A DNA stretch of 64,000 bases, from contig CAZYCQ010000001.1 of NCBI GenBank assembly GCA_964645535.1, forward strand, positions 1-64,000, in the 5' to 3' direction. Under the pieces are notes generated by a model that worked only from the letters and a program-made list of their open reading frames with translations, searched no databases and had not been told where the DNA came from. A program made the position numbers and the translations under genes. This stretch comes from an uncultured archaeon. GTDB lineage: Archaea > Asgardarchaeota > Heimdallarchaeia > Heimdallarchaeales > Kariarchaeaceae. Every line of letters starts with the position of its first letter. Within the stretch, counting starts at the first letter, position 1. Below, piece after piece: positions 29,021 through 38,889 of this stretch.

Positions 29021-30901
29021 TTGAAGATATTGCTACTTCATTCAGATGATTTCAGATACGAAGTGAAGAAAAAAGCCATCAAAGCAGCGGAAGAAGTTTC
29101 AAAAGAACCTGTCGAAATTAAGGAAGCTCTTGTCGCCATGATGGCTGTTGAAAAAGAAGATGAAGGTAATTTCGAGGCTACGGCTAGCAGAGCCGCGAAA
29201 GAGATCCAAAAGGTAGCAGACGAGCTAAAAGTCAAAAATGTCGTCTGTTACCCGTGGGTTCATCTCACCTCAAATCCTTCAAGACCTGATATTGCACTTA
29301 AGGTGCTTAGAAAAGTTGAAACGGAATTGAATGAGACAGGCAAGTTCGAAAAAGTCATTAGAGCACCTTTTGGATGGTACAAGGGGTTCTCGATTACTGT
29401 CAAGGGCCATCCTCTTTCTGAATTGAGTAGAGAATTCACCACAGACCTTAAGGAAGAAACTACAGAAGGAATAGAAGAAAGTGCCGCAATAAAGGCTGAA
29501 GATGAGGCCAAACATGAGTTCTATGTAGTTGAACCAGATGGTACCCTTATTCCCTTTGACAAGTACAAGTTCAAGCCAAAATCCGACTTTGGCAAGTTTT
29601 TCGAATATGAGACGCAGAAGCGCAGAGCATCCGAAGAACCACCCCCACATGTTGCTTTGATGCAGAGGTTGGAATTGGTGGACTATGAGGAAGCTAGTGA
29701 TGCAGGAAACATGAGATGGTACCCTAGTGGTTGGGTGGTCAAACGTTTGATTGAGGATCATGTAACGAATACAATGATTGAACACGGTGCATATGCTGTT
29801 GAAACCCCAATCATGTACGATTTCAATCACCCAGCCCTAGCCAGTTACATGAACCGATTTCCAGCAAGGCAATACGTCATCTCAAGCGGAACCGACAAAT
29901 ATTTCCTTAGGTTTGCAGCCTGCTTTGGTCAATTCCTTATCGCTTCAGATGCAGTTTTCTCGTATAAACAGCTGCCGCTCAAGTTGTTCGAAATGACCCA
30001 TTACAGCTTTCGGCGGGAACAAAGAGGAGAACTCGCAGCTCTCAGGAGACTGAGAACATTCTCAATGCCAGACCAACATACAATTGTGGCAGATATGGAT
30101 ATGGCAAGGGAAGAATTCCGGAACCAATATAATCTTTGTGTCCAAATGATGGAGGACTTCAATCTCGAATATGAAGCTGTTTTCAGGTTCCAGACTGATT
30201 TTTATGAGGAAAACAAAGATTGGATCATGGATATGATCAAAATGCTCAATCGTCCAGTCATGTTGGAACTTTTCGACAAACGTTATGCCTATTTCGTATG
30301 CAAGTTTGAATTTAATGTAGTTGACGGACAGGGTAAAGCAGCAGCCCTTTCAACAGTCCAAATAGATGTCGAAAATGCCAACAGGTTCAACATCTCTTAT
30401 GTTGGAGAAGATGGGGAAAAGCATACTCCACTAATCTTGCATGCTTCTGTCAGTGGGGCAATAGAGAGGGTACTCTATGCCATACTTGAAAGAGCTGCCA
30501 TCAAAAGCAAGCAAGGTAAGAAACCGTCGTTCCCCTTTTGGTTGGCACCGATCCAAGTTCGTTTTTGTCCAGTTACTGAAGCACAGGTTGAGTATTGTGA
30601 ATCATTGGTTGATGAACTCAATGAACATGGCATTAGAGCAGATCTTGATGATAGGGGAGAACGAGTCGGAAAGATGGTCAGAGATGCAGAAAGAATCTGG
30701 ATACCGTATATTTTCGTTATCGGTGATGAAGAAATAAACTCAGGTGTTTTCAAAGCAAGAACAAGAGACGGATCAACGGAAAGCTTTACCAAGAAAAACC
30801 TGATAGAGAAGCTACTGGAGAAGAGCAAGGGATATCCAAAACGCAAACTTCCCATGGCCACAAGATTGAGTAAAAGAGCAATTTTCCGTTCGTCAAATTA
30901 A
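29021..30901 (+). CDS. thrS: Threonine--tRNA ligase, archaeal type with N-terminal editing domain
   Basis: MKILLLHSD, YPWVHL, RAPFGWYKGF..GHPLSELSR, LRFAACFG, FRREQRGE, STVQID, PFWLAPIQVR. TTG start. Confidence 0.97.
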   Translation: MKILLLHSDDFRYEVKKKAIKAAEEVSKEPVEIKEALVAMMAVEKEDEGNFEATASRAAKEIQKVADELKVKNVVCYPWVHLTSNPSRPDIALKVLRKVETELNETGKFEKVIRAPFGWYKGFSITVKGHPLSELSREFTTDLKEETTEGIEESAAIKAEDEAKHEFYVVEPDGTLIPFDKYKFKPKSDFGKFFEYETQKRRASEEPPPHVALMQRLELVDYEEASDAGNMRWYPSGWVVKRLIEDHVTNTMIEHGAYAVETPIMYDFNHPALASYMNRFPARQYVISSGTDKYFLRFAACFGQFLIASDAVFSYKQLPLKLFEMTHYSFRREQRGELAALRRLRTFSMPDQHTIVADMDMAREEFRNQYNLCVQMMEDFNLEYEAVFRFQTDFYEENKDWIMDMIKMLNRPVMLELFDKRYAYFVCKFEFNVVDGQGKAAALSTVQIDVENANRFNISYVGEDGEKHTPLILHASVSGAIERVLYAILERAAIKSKQGKKPSFPFWLAPIQVRFCPVTEAQVEYCESLVDELNEHGIRADLDDRGERVGKMVRDAERIWIPYIFVIGDEEINSGVFKARTRDGSTESFTKKNLIEKLLEKSKGYPKRKLPMATRLSKRAIFRSSN

Positions 30902-31816
30902 ATCCAGTATAAATTTGGCTAAATTTGTTTTTTCATGGATATCCTTCATTGAAATATTCGTAAAAACAGGCTCAATCCCATAGTCTGAAATCTCTTTTGA
31001 AAATGACCTGTCTGCATCATCCAGAACAAGAATATCAATAAGCCCTTGGTAACGTTGTCCAAGACCAAGAGGAGATTTGGCAAATCCCATTGCCTCCATC
31101 AATTTTCCGGTTGGACCAGAAAAAGCCTGATTGCCAATCATCGGAGATACGGCAATTACCTTTTTCTTTCTATTGGAAAACCAAGAATGATATGCAGGAA
31201 TTGAAAGAATCGGACCAATGCTGGTTATTGGGTTACTTGGACCTATAATCACGGAATGAGCAGTATCCAGAGCCGTTGACACCTCTTTTGGCATGTCAGC
31301 CTGGTTCGAACCTGAAAAGATAACATCCTGCACTTCGACGTTTGTCTGGTATTTAACGAAGTACTCTTGAAAGTGAATTTGTCCTTCCAATGTTCGGATT
31401 AAAGTAGTTACAGGTTGATCTGCCATTGGATATACACCTGCTTGAATTCCCCACTTGAGACGAACGTTATTTGTAATTTCTGTCAACCTTTTGCCTTGTT
31501 CCAAAAGGTGCGATCGGAAAACATGAAGTCCCAAATCTCGATCACCCACCTTGAACCAGACAGGTTCTTCCAAGGATTCAAGGGTTTCCAATGCATGAAA
31601 GGTTTCATTTTTTCTTCCCCAATATTTTCTGAGATCAAGCTTGTTCGAGAACAGATAAAGAACAGTGTCGAGATCTGGGGAAATATGGAGGGAATTCCAT
31701 TTGAAATCATCCCCGGTATTACAGACAACATCAATATTGGATTCATTGATCAATGTTGACATACCTTCCAGAAGTTTAGGAGTGCCCGTTCCTCCTGAAA
31801 AAAACAATAGCTTCAC
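30893..31816 (-). CDS. cofD: 2-phospho-L-lactate transferase (F420 biosynthesis)
   Basis: SGGTGTPKL, NTGDD, SPDLDTVLY, WFKVGDRD, HFQEYFV, IGPSNPITSIGPIL, AVSP..FSGP. Confidence 0.95.
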   Translation of the reverse strand: MKLLFFSGGTGTPKLLEGMSTLINESNIDVVCNTGDDFKWNSLHISPDLDTVLYLFSNKLDLRKYWGRKNETFHALETLESLEEPVWFKVGDRDLGLHVFRSHLLEQGKRLTEITNNVRLKWGIQAGVYPMADQPVTTLIRTLEGQIHFQEYFVKYQTNVEVQDVIFSGSNQADMPKEVSTALDTAHSVIIGPSNPITSIGPILSIPAYHSWFSNRKKKVIAVSPMIGNQAFSGPTGKLMEAMGFAKSPLGLGQRYQGLIDILVLDDADRSFSKEISDYGIEPVFTNISMKDIHEKTNLAKFILDLI

Positions 31817-31847
31817 AAATTGTTGCTCGTGAAATGGAAACTTAAGT

Positions 31848-32765
31848 TCATTGAATCAGATGATATTTGTCCCCAGCCAACTGAATTTTTTTCTGTTTGG
31901 TTAAGAAGTCAAGTAAACGGGTAATTTTGGTCTCAATGAAATTGAGTCTCGAATATGGGTAGAACAAATCATCAGGATGCAATGTACGATATTCCTTCAC
32001 AATCATGTCAAATGACTTGGGCTCTTCCTTCAGTATTTGCTGGAGCCTGTCAACATCTGATTCAATTGAAGCTTTGAGATAAGCCGTTGAAATGGGTTTG
32101 TTTCTTAAGAGTTGAGGTTGGTCGTAGCTAGGAATATGAATCTCGGTCGTTGCCTGCTGGATGAATTCCAAACCTTGGAAATACTGATCTAAAGATGAGG
32201 AGAGATCGAGATAATAGAAATTTGGATTTAATGGAGTTAGGGACAGGAAGACCCCTGAGAAAAGCGCTTTATGTGCAGTTGAATAAAGAAAAGTGTGACC
32301 TCTATGTGGTCCCGGGAAGGGTATGATGAGGAGTTTTGTCTTCCCAGTCTGTAGGGTATCTCCCCGATCTATTCCTACCAAACCTTCTATTTTCTTGGGG
32401 AGATGTTTTTCTATCTCCTTCAATTTCGTGTGGTTGATGAAATGGTGTTGCAGATATTCGGATCGAGGTCTAGCAATTTCCTCCAGAATGGTTTTGTAAA
32501 CGTGTATCTTGATATCCTTATATTCTTTTCTGAATTCCTTGATGGTCAGAAGTTCTGTAACTGTTACATTTGGAAGGTAAACTCTGAATTCCCCAATGTC
32601 CAGATCAGAAATGGTTTCTGTCAGGTTATCAACCAGTTTTTTTCCCGATATCCCTATGAGAATGGCAGGATCATCTTTAATCAAATAGGCACCAAAGTTT
32701 TCGCCACCGTCACCAAAACCACCAGAAATCTGGTAAAGGTTGTCTTTGATTGCTTCATAGCTCAT
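31848..32765 (-). CDS. Metallo-beta-lactamase-fold protein, metal ligands degenerate, C-terminal wH-like domain
   Basis: N..AYLI..ILI, PFPGPHRGH, ALFSGV, HIPSYD align to the MBL scaffold but HxHxDH is absent. Confidence 0.6.
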   Translation of the reverse strand: MSYEAIKDNLYQISGGFGDGGENFGAYLIKDDPAILIGISGKKLVDNLTETISDLDIGEFRVYLPNVTVTELLTIKEFRKEYKDIKIHVYKTILEEIARPRSEYLQHHFINHTKLKEIEKHLPKKIEGLVGIDRGDTLQTGKTKLLIIPFPGPHRGHTFLYSTAHKALFSGVFLSLTPLNPNFYYLDLSSSLDQYFQGLEFIQQATTEIHIPSYDQPQLLRNKPISTAYLKASIESDVDRLQQILKEEPKSFDMIVKEYRTLHPDDLFYPYSRLNFIETKITRLLDFLTKQKKIQLAGDKYHLIQ

Positions 32766-32827
32766 ATTAGAATAAAATCATGCATAGTATAAAATTGATT
32801 TCTAGCCCATATGAACGTTTAGCTCAT

Positions 32828-33268
32828 CTAAGCTTCAAGCATATCAATAGTGACTGAGGCCACACCAGGAATGGATTTGAACTCTTGTTTGATGGTATCA
32901 ATGGACACGTTTTCAAGTTCTGAACTGTCGAAATAGCCTTCATAAACACAGGCATCTTGTGTGAAACATAATCCAGTGGAGTATAATGTTTTGATTCCTA
33001 GCCGGATAAAGATCGACCCCATCTGTCTCAAGAAATCAGGAGATAATTTCCCAATATTGATATTGATCTTGGCAACCGATGAGGAATTTGTTGGAATAAT
33101 CCGGATTATTCTAGTATTGGGAGCCAAGATAATGACCGCATATCTTCCCTGATCTGGTTGAAGGGCCTCAATGAATTTATCTGGCAATTTAATCGGATTA
33201 TTCTCGTCAATGACAGTCATATGGGCAATGGTTACTTCTGCTGGTTTTTTGGGTTCTTCTTCGCTCAT
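32828..33268 (-). CDS. AbrB-like + ACT-like domain regulator
   Basis: IDENNPIKLP N-terminus; PDFLRQM..LYSTGLCF..CVYEGY..FKSIPGVASV ACT-like fold. Confidence 0.55.
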   Translation of the reverse strand: MSEEEPKKPAEVTIAHMTVIDENNPIKLPDKFIEALQPDQGRYAVIILAPNTRIIRIIPTNSSSVAKININIGKLSPDFLRQMGSIFIRLGIKTLYSTGLCFTQDACVYEGYFDSSELENVSIDTIKQEFKSIPGVASVTIDMLEA

Positions 33269-33454
33269 CAGAATTCCTCGTCTAACTATGCATATTATTG
33301 ATTTATTCTTTTAAAGCTATTCCCCATTAAGTGAAGAAGAAAGCTTAGTTTTTGTATCGTTTTAGCAGATGCCCTAAAACCAATTTATGATTCCTTTTAA
33401 AAAATGGCACCAGAGTAGCCAAAAAGCTATAACTGGAGGATTTCAACATCAAAT

Positions 33455-34597
33455 ATGAATCTTCCAATCTATTGGACCGATCCTACAAACGTTGGTCCGT
33501 TCTCGACTGTTGTAGAGGAAAAGGAAGGGACAAAAATCAAGCTGAGAGACAAAATTCTTTATCCTGAAGGTGGCGGGCAACCGGCAGACAAAGGAATTAT
33601 AGAAATGAATGGAGCGAAAGTAGAAATCCTAGATGTAACGGAAATTTCAGGAGACATATGGGTAATAGTGGATAATCCAGATATTCTCAAAATAGGAAGT
33701 CCAGTAACCATTTGGGTAGATCACGAAAGACGACAGATCCTAAGACAAATGCATAGCGGTCAGCATTTGTTTTCAGCCATTCTGGAAAGTGAGTTCAACG
33801 CAAAAACCACAAGAGTTCAGATGTCTGAAGAAGAAAGTGAAATCAACACAGATGTGAAGCTGTCAGAGAGTCAACTAAATAAGGCAGAAGATTTGGTAAA
33901 TCAGAGAATACTGGAAAACCATCCCATTATCTCACAATTTGTCAAAAAGAACCAAGTTGAACTTGGGAGAATAAGAGGTGAAATGAAAATTGGAGAAATT
34001 GAGGGAGATGTGGTACGATTGGTGCAAATTGGAGAAAACGCGTCAATTGATCTGAATCCCTGTGGAGGAACACATTTGCATTCCACCTCAGAAATTGGCT
34101 TGTTCCTCATCACTTCAGTAGATGGAAAAAGAATAAAGTTCAAGTGTGGCAAACCGGCATTCCAATATGCGGTAAAGATTGCCCAAATGACTCGAAAATT
34201 AAGAAACGAGTTGTCTACCAAACCTGATAAAATGATCGAAAAAATCAGTTCAATGAAAGAAGAAGCAAAACGGGCTCGAAAGTCCCAAGAGAAACTGGCA
34301 CTTGACCTTCTTGAGAAACATTTGGTTTCAGATTATCCCTCCTCGGTTTTCATTGAGTTAGAACACATTCCAAGAGAAATATTCCAAAAATGGAAACCAA
34401 GCACTATTCCTAAGCAACCGATCTTTTTTGGACTTGAAAATAAATTCCTCGGAATTCTAGGTCATGATGATATGCTCGAGAAAAAAATAGACCAACTGAA
34501 GCAGATGGGATTCAAAGGGAATGGGAAAAAAGGAAAATACTTGTTCAAGTACTTGGGAAAAGCGCCAAACTATGATATCACTAGGGTTATAGAATAG
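33455..34597 (+). CDS. AlaX-family alanyl-tRNA editing protein
   Basis: LYPEGGGQPADKG, MHSGQH, PCGGTH zinc ligands; no aminoacylation domain. Confidence 0.9.
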   Translation: MNLPIYWTDPTNVGPFSTVVEEKEGTKIKLRDKILYPEGGGQPADKGIIEMNGAKVEILDVTEISGDIWVIVDNPDILKIGSPVTIWVDHERRQILRQMHSGQHLFSAILESEFNAKTTRVQMSEEESEINTDVKLSESQLNKAEDLVNQRILENHPIISQFVKKNQVELGRIRGEMKIGEIEGDVVRLVQIGENASIDLNPCGGTHLHSTSEIGLFLITSVDGKRIKFKCGKPAFQYAVKIAQMTRKLRNELSTKPDKMIEKISSMKEEAKRARKSQEKLALDLLEKHLVSDYPSSVFIELEHIPREIFQKWKPSTIPKQPIFFGLENKFLGILGHDDMLEKKIDQLKQMGFKGNGKKGKYLFKYLGKAPNYDITRVIE

Positions 34598-34648
34598 AAC
34601 AATACATTACCTTTCACTAAGATGATTTATTAGATAAAACGAATTAAG

Positions 34649-36493
34649 ATGCTTATGGCCTATTTCAACTTGTATTGTGTAGACACCAACTTTTTCATTA
34701 CCCTTTATTCAGCTCAACCCAAGGATTTCAAAAGACTTGTTGCAGTCTTGCGTAAATTAAGGATTAAATTTGTCATCTCAGATTTTGTTCAAAGGGAAAT
34801 GAGATGGTATATGAGGAGACATATTGAACCTCATGTCAAAATTGAGGCAGTTGACAAAAGGAAACTTGCAGAATATGAAGCCAATTTGAAAAGAAAATTG
34901 GGGAGTTTGCCTCAAACTCCAGATGTCTCAGTGATTTTTGTGGCTGAAAAGCTTAAAATTCCAGTTGTGTCTTCAGATCTCAAACTTGTTGAAACAGCAG
35001 AAAAAATAGGAATTAAAACGTTCATGAACAGTGCCTTTGCCATTTTCTTGAAAAATCAATTGGAAGATGCTGAAGACAAGGCGTTACTAGATGAAGTCTA
35101 TTCAAAATTGTTCGCAGAAGAAATTTCCTATTCAGTTAAAGGTCAGCATGTTTACGATCCAGTTGTACGAATCAAAAAAATCATGGATTCTGCTTTGGAA
35201 GTGGTCAAATCACAGCAAGAATTAGAACAACTGTCCACTGTTCATGTCGCAGAGACCTCTTCCGAAGGGAAGTCGGAACCACAATTTGAATATCAAGAAT
35301 ATGAGGATCTCAAACAATTGACAACAGAGACCAGAACTGACCTCAGTGATTTTTTGGAAATGTTCGAGGAAGGAAGATTCAAAGACCTTAAGGTGGTTTT
35401 AGATGACCATTCCGATATGCTCATGGACAGATGTACAGAAGTCCGTCTATTGGGAGTCCCCGAAACTGATCTGGTATACAGGGAAGCAATTACTACTTTA
35501 GCTCATCTGCTTCTTCTTGGTGCAGCAGTAGATTTGAACCTTCAAAACCTGAAGGAAGCCGAAGCAAAAGTGGACCTTCTTCTTCTTCTAATATTTGAAA
35601 TACGGGAAGCAGCAGACCGACTTGAAATAGAGGTGCATCTCCAGAGAATCATTATATTTTTCTTGACAGGACAACTGAAAAGACTGAACATATATTTCTC
35701 TCCTAATTTCATGCAAAGATGCAGAGAAAACAATCGAGAAGATGTTGTCGAATTATTACGGACTTTTGCTATCATATCTGCCGTCTTGACAAACAATGAA
35801 GCCGAGAAAAGCGCTCAAGCACAAGACCTCTCGGAAATTGAATTTATTATTCAGCTCGGTTATCAATTTGTTTCAATAGGAAAACCGAAGAAAGCATGGT
35901 TATTGTTTGAGCAGGCAATTTATATGAGTATCAATTCAAAGATGACTGGACTCCTTTATGCTTTGTTCGAGATTATGCTGCCACTTCATTACTCTTCTGA
36001 TGGATTTTCTCCCAGTTTACCAGACCTTCTTGCATATACTAAAAAACAGATACAGGGAATTGATCTCAAAAGCTATGAACAAAGGTTAAAATTGAAAACC
36101 TCCTTCGATCCGTCCATTTTGATTAGGAGGCAGAAATCGGTCAATGCCCTTCCATCTAGTTATCAAGGATTTTTGGATGTGCTCTCTGTTGAACAGACTT
36201 CATTCAAAAATTTGGGACGGGCAAATTTGGTGAAGGTTGTTGATTGGCAAAGTCTCACACTAGTTGGAATAATTGATCCATCCTTAACCTTAGGGGAAGA
36301 CCTGACGGTAGGAACAAGCGTTAGGATTGTTTCAGGAAAAGTCAGGTTGGTGGAACCTCCTAAACGTCTCAAAGAGAGAACCGGAGTGACTCTTCTTATT
36401 GTTTGCATGAAAGACCCACGTTTCATTGTCAGAAGAGCAGGAACCATTTCTTTCGCAAAGCCCAAGGAAAAGATTGCAAGCTATGACCTATAG
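34649..36493 (+). CDS. PIN-domain protein with TPR-like helical middle and C-terminal OB-like beta domain
   Basis: VDTNFF, VQREM, PDVSV, VSSDLKL (four PIN acidic residues); helical repeats (IIQLGYQF..KKAWLLFEQAI); beta-rich C-terminus. Confidence 0.75.
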   Translation: MLMAYFNLYCVDTNFFITLYSAQPKDFKRLVAVLRKLRIKFVISDFVQREMRWYMRRHIEPHVKIEAVDKRKLAEYEANLKRKLGSLPQTPDVSVIFVAEKLKIPVVSSDLKLVETAEKIGIKTFMNSAFAIFLKNQLEDAEDKALLDEVYSKLFAEEISYSVKGQHVYDPVVRIKKIMDSALEVVKSQQELEQLSTVHVAETSSEGKSEPQFEYQEYEDLKQLTTETRTDLSDFLEMFEEGRFKDLKVVLDDHSDMLMDRCTEVRLLGVPETDLVYREAITTLAHLLLLGAAVDLNLQNLKEAEAKVDLLLLLIFEIREAADRLEIEVHLQRIIIFFLTGQLKRLNIYFSPNFMQRCRENNREDVVELLRTFAIISAVLTNNEAEKSAQAQDLSEIEFIIQLGYQFVSIGKPKKAWLLFEQAIYMSINSKMTGLLYALFEIMLPLHYSSDGFSPSLPDLLAYTKKQIQGIDLKSYEQRLKLKTSFDPSILIRRQKSVNALPSSYQGFLDVLSVEQTSFKNLGRANLVKVVDWQSLTLVGIIDPSLTLGEDLTVGTSVRIVSGKVRLVEPPKRLKERTGVTLLIVCMKDPRFIVRRAGTISFAKPKEKIASYDL

Positions 36494-36522
36494 GAAAGTC
36501 ATTAAGCTTGAATAAATGAAGG

Positions 36523-37623
36523 GTGATTGAAATGGAAAAAAATGATGGATTGTATGGAAATTTCAAGGAGCCACCCGAATTTAGGGCAGATCCATTGCAA
36601 TCATATCAGATTGATGATGGAATCGTTGTTGGTTTTGTTACGGTTGTTGTTCCCGCTCGTGGAAAGAGACCAAGAGAAATCCATCCTGAAAAAAAGCAGG
36701 TCATGGATACGCCGAAGGATAATCTCCTATTGAAAATATCAAATGGTGAAGAATCTGCTATTGTGGTCTCAACCAATCACGAATTTGTTTCAAATCCTTT
36801 TGACATCAAATTGAAACCTAGCAAGAGGGAAATTAAAGCTGAAGCAGTAACTATCTTGAACAAATTTCCGATGTTTACTAAAAATGACAATGTATTCCCT
36901 CATGGTGTCATGCTAGTGACCTTTCCCACTAAGCAATTGTATTATCCCAGACATAATCCTGAAGCAGTTTATTGGATGCTAAAATCCATCCAAAATGCCT
37001 TGGAAGGATTGAAATCAATTAAGAAAAGTGGCTATCAAGTTTTGAACTTCTTCAATGTGGGACCAAATAGTGGAGCAAGCCTTCGACAACTCCATTCTCA
37101 GACCTATGTTTGGCGTCATTCGCTACCCGTTTATGGGAAGGAAGCAATGGCGTTTTATGAGGCATATAAGAGGAATGGCTGTTTAGCATGCCGTTTTATT
37201 GAAAATGGAATAATCTCGGATCCATTTGGAAATGAGGTCAGCATTGAATCTCTGAAAATTTTTGAGGATGAAAACGTAATTGTAATTTTTGCATTTGCCC
37301 CAATACGTCTCCTTCAAACCAGGGTCATTCTTAAAAGTCACAACGCTAATCTGTACACTCTTTCAGCCTCTCAATTGAAATCTTTGGCCAAAGGAATCGC
37401 CATTGCCGATGATGGTATTTTTGAGGTAAGTAGTTACATCAATTTCAGGTTTGAAGATAGATCAATTGCATTCAGGGAAAAATATGATGGTGATTTCCAT
37501 ATGATTGTTGATGTTCTGCCTGCATGGCCCCTTGCAGGTGCAGAATTGGTCTCTTCCATGACATTTGCCAGTCGCCCCCCAGAAAAAGCCGCCGAAATCT
37601 ATCGAGAACGCAAGCAAATATAA
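36523..37623 (+). CDS. GalT/HIT-superfamily nucleotidyltransferase-like protein
   Basis: FRADPL, VPARGKRP, NKFP, FFNVGPNSGASLRQLHSQ, CLAC, FAP, FHMIV. Confidence 0.8.
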   Translation: MIEMEKNDGLYGNFKEPPEFRADPLQSYQIDDGIVVGFVTVVVPARGKRPREIHPEKKQVMDTPKDNLLLKISNGEESAIVVSTNHEFVSNPFDIKLKPSKREIKAEAVTILNKFPMFTKNDNVFPHGVMLVTFPTKQLYYPRHNPEAVYWMLKSIQNALEGLKSIKKSGYQVLNFFNVGPNSGASLRQLHSQTYVWRHSLPVYGKEAMAFYEAYKRNGCLACRFIENGIISDPFGNEVSIESLKIFEDENVIVIFAFAPIRLLQTRVILKSHNANLYTLSASQLKSLAKGIAIADDGIFEVSSYINFRFEDRSIAFREKYDGDFHMIVDVLPAWPLAGAELVSSMTFASRPPEKAAEIYRERKQI

Positions 37624-37666
37624 GTTGTCATCAATATCCTTATTTGCTGGAAGGAAATAACAAATT

Positions 37667-38005
37667 ATGAGCAAAAGACCAAAGCTGGAAATCGATGTTC
37701 CTGACGATGTGGCAGAATTTTTTATAACTGGAGCATTTGGGGGATTGAGCCCTGCAGGTGGCAACATTCTTTTCTATGTTGAAGACCCTGAAATCGCTAT
37801 GGATGAATTTGATCAACAGATCAAGGTTCGAAAGGTTGTTCGAAAGGGAAAAGTCATTTTGAGAATGTCGCCTTCAACTTTCAAAAGTATTGCATTATGG
37901 ATGAATGCAAATCTGGCGGCGTATGAATCTAAATTTGGTGAGATTTTTGTGCCAGAACATCTGAAATCTCAAAACAAAAATACCCCAATGGAAGATTTCC
38001 ATTAA
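37667..38005 (+). CDS. DUF3467-like small protein
   Basis: PDDVAEFFITGAFGG..ILRMSPSTFKSIALWMNANLAAYESKFGEI. Confidence 0.7.
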   Translation: MSKRPKLEIDVPDDVAEFFITGAFGGLSPAGGNILFYVEDPEIAMDEFDQQIKVRKVVRKGKVILRMSPSTFKSIALWMNANLAAYESKFGEIFVPEHLKSQNKNTPMEDFH

Positions 38006-38012
38006 GTGGAAA

Positions 38013-38297
38013 ATGATGTGCCTGAAGATTGTAAAGGTTGAAGGGAGCAGTATGGAGCCATTTCTCCGACCAGGACAATTCGCAATTATCCGAAAAACTA
38101 AACAAGTGAAAATAGGGGATGTCATTTGTTTTCCAGATCCTCAAAATCCAAAATTGCTTTTGATCAAAAGAGTCCAAGCGATTAATGACAACTCTGCTTT
38201 TGTTATTGGAGATAATCTTACAAAAAGTCGGGACAGCAGGCATTTTGGAATGATAAGTAAGGGATCAATCATCGGAAAACTCCTATTCAAGATCTAA
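38013..38297 (+). CDS. sodX: Nickel-type SOD maturation protease (S26 family)
   Basis: VEGSSMEPFL, DPQNPKLLLIKRV, GDN..SRDSRHFG; lies directly before sodN. Confidence 0.9.
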   Translation: MMCLKIVKVEGSSMEPFLRPGQFAIIRKTKQVKIGDVICFPDPQNPKLLLIKRVQAINDNSAFVIGDNLTKSRDSRHFGMISKGSIIGKLLFKI

Positions 38298-38341
38298 ACA
38301 TTGAGATTACCCGGTAAATCACTCAAAAATTAATTTATAAA

Positions 38342-38390
38342 CGAAAAGATTTATATAAATCCCCATTCAGATTTTTCTCGCTAGAGGTGA
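38342..38390 (+). promoter_or_regulatory. BRE-TATA promoter (CGAAAA..TTTATATAAA) and SD (GAGGTGA) of sodN
   Basis: Canonical archaeal elements at 38342-38359 and 38384-38390, ATG at 38395. Confidence 0.6.
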
Positions 38391-38394
38391 AATC

Positions 38395-38889
38395 ATGAAC
38401 CTGATAAGAAAGACTCTTGAAATAGCAGATAAGTTACTTCACTTTGATGTCGCAAAGGCTCATTGTGACGTCCCCTGTGGGATCTATGACCCGCACCAGA
38501 TGCAAGTCGATGCCCATACGGTTCTTAGAATGATACAACTGATGCAAAACTTGGATCAAAACAATCCAGAGTATGCCCAAACCTACGCACGATATGTTGC
38601 TGTCAAGGAACATCATGCTGAAAATCTTAAAAGGGAGGTTAGAGTTCTTTGGGGAGACTACTTCAAACCCCAACATCAAGAACAATTCCCTGAGCTCACT
38701 GATTTGGTCTGGGACATCATGCGAACTGCATCACAGGCTCGCCAGCATGTTGACATGGATGCAGCAAAAGACTTGTTAAAGAAAGTACAAAGACTTGCTG
38801 AGATCTTTTTTGAAACCAAAGGCAAATCATACGCAAAACTTCCTGCCCCATATCCTACTGGAGAAACCATTGTAGTGCAGACAAACTGA
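38395..38889 (+). CDS. sodN: Nickel-containing superoxide dismutase precursor
   Basis: 22 aa leader then the nickel hook A|HCDVPCGIYDP; KEHHAE, LWGDYFK, AEIFFETK. Confidence 0.96.
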   Translation: MNLIRKTLEIADKLLHFDVAKAHCDVPCGIYDPHQMQVDAHTVLRMIQLMQNLDQNNPEYAQTYARYVAVKEHHAENLKREVRVLWGDYFKPQHQEQFPELTDLVWDIMRTASQARQHVDMDAAKDLLKKVQRLAEIFFETKGKSYAKLPAPYPTGETIVVQTN

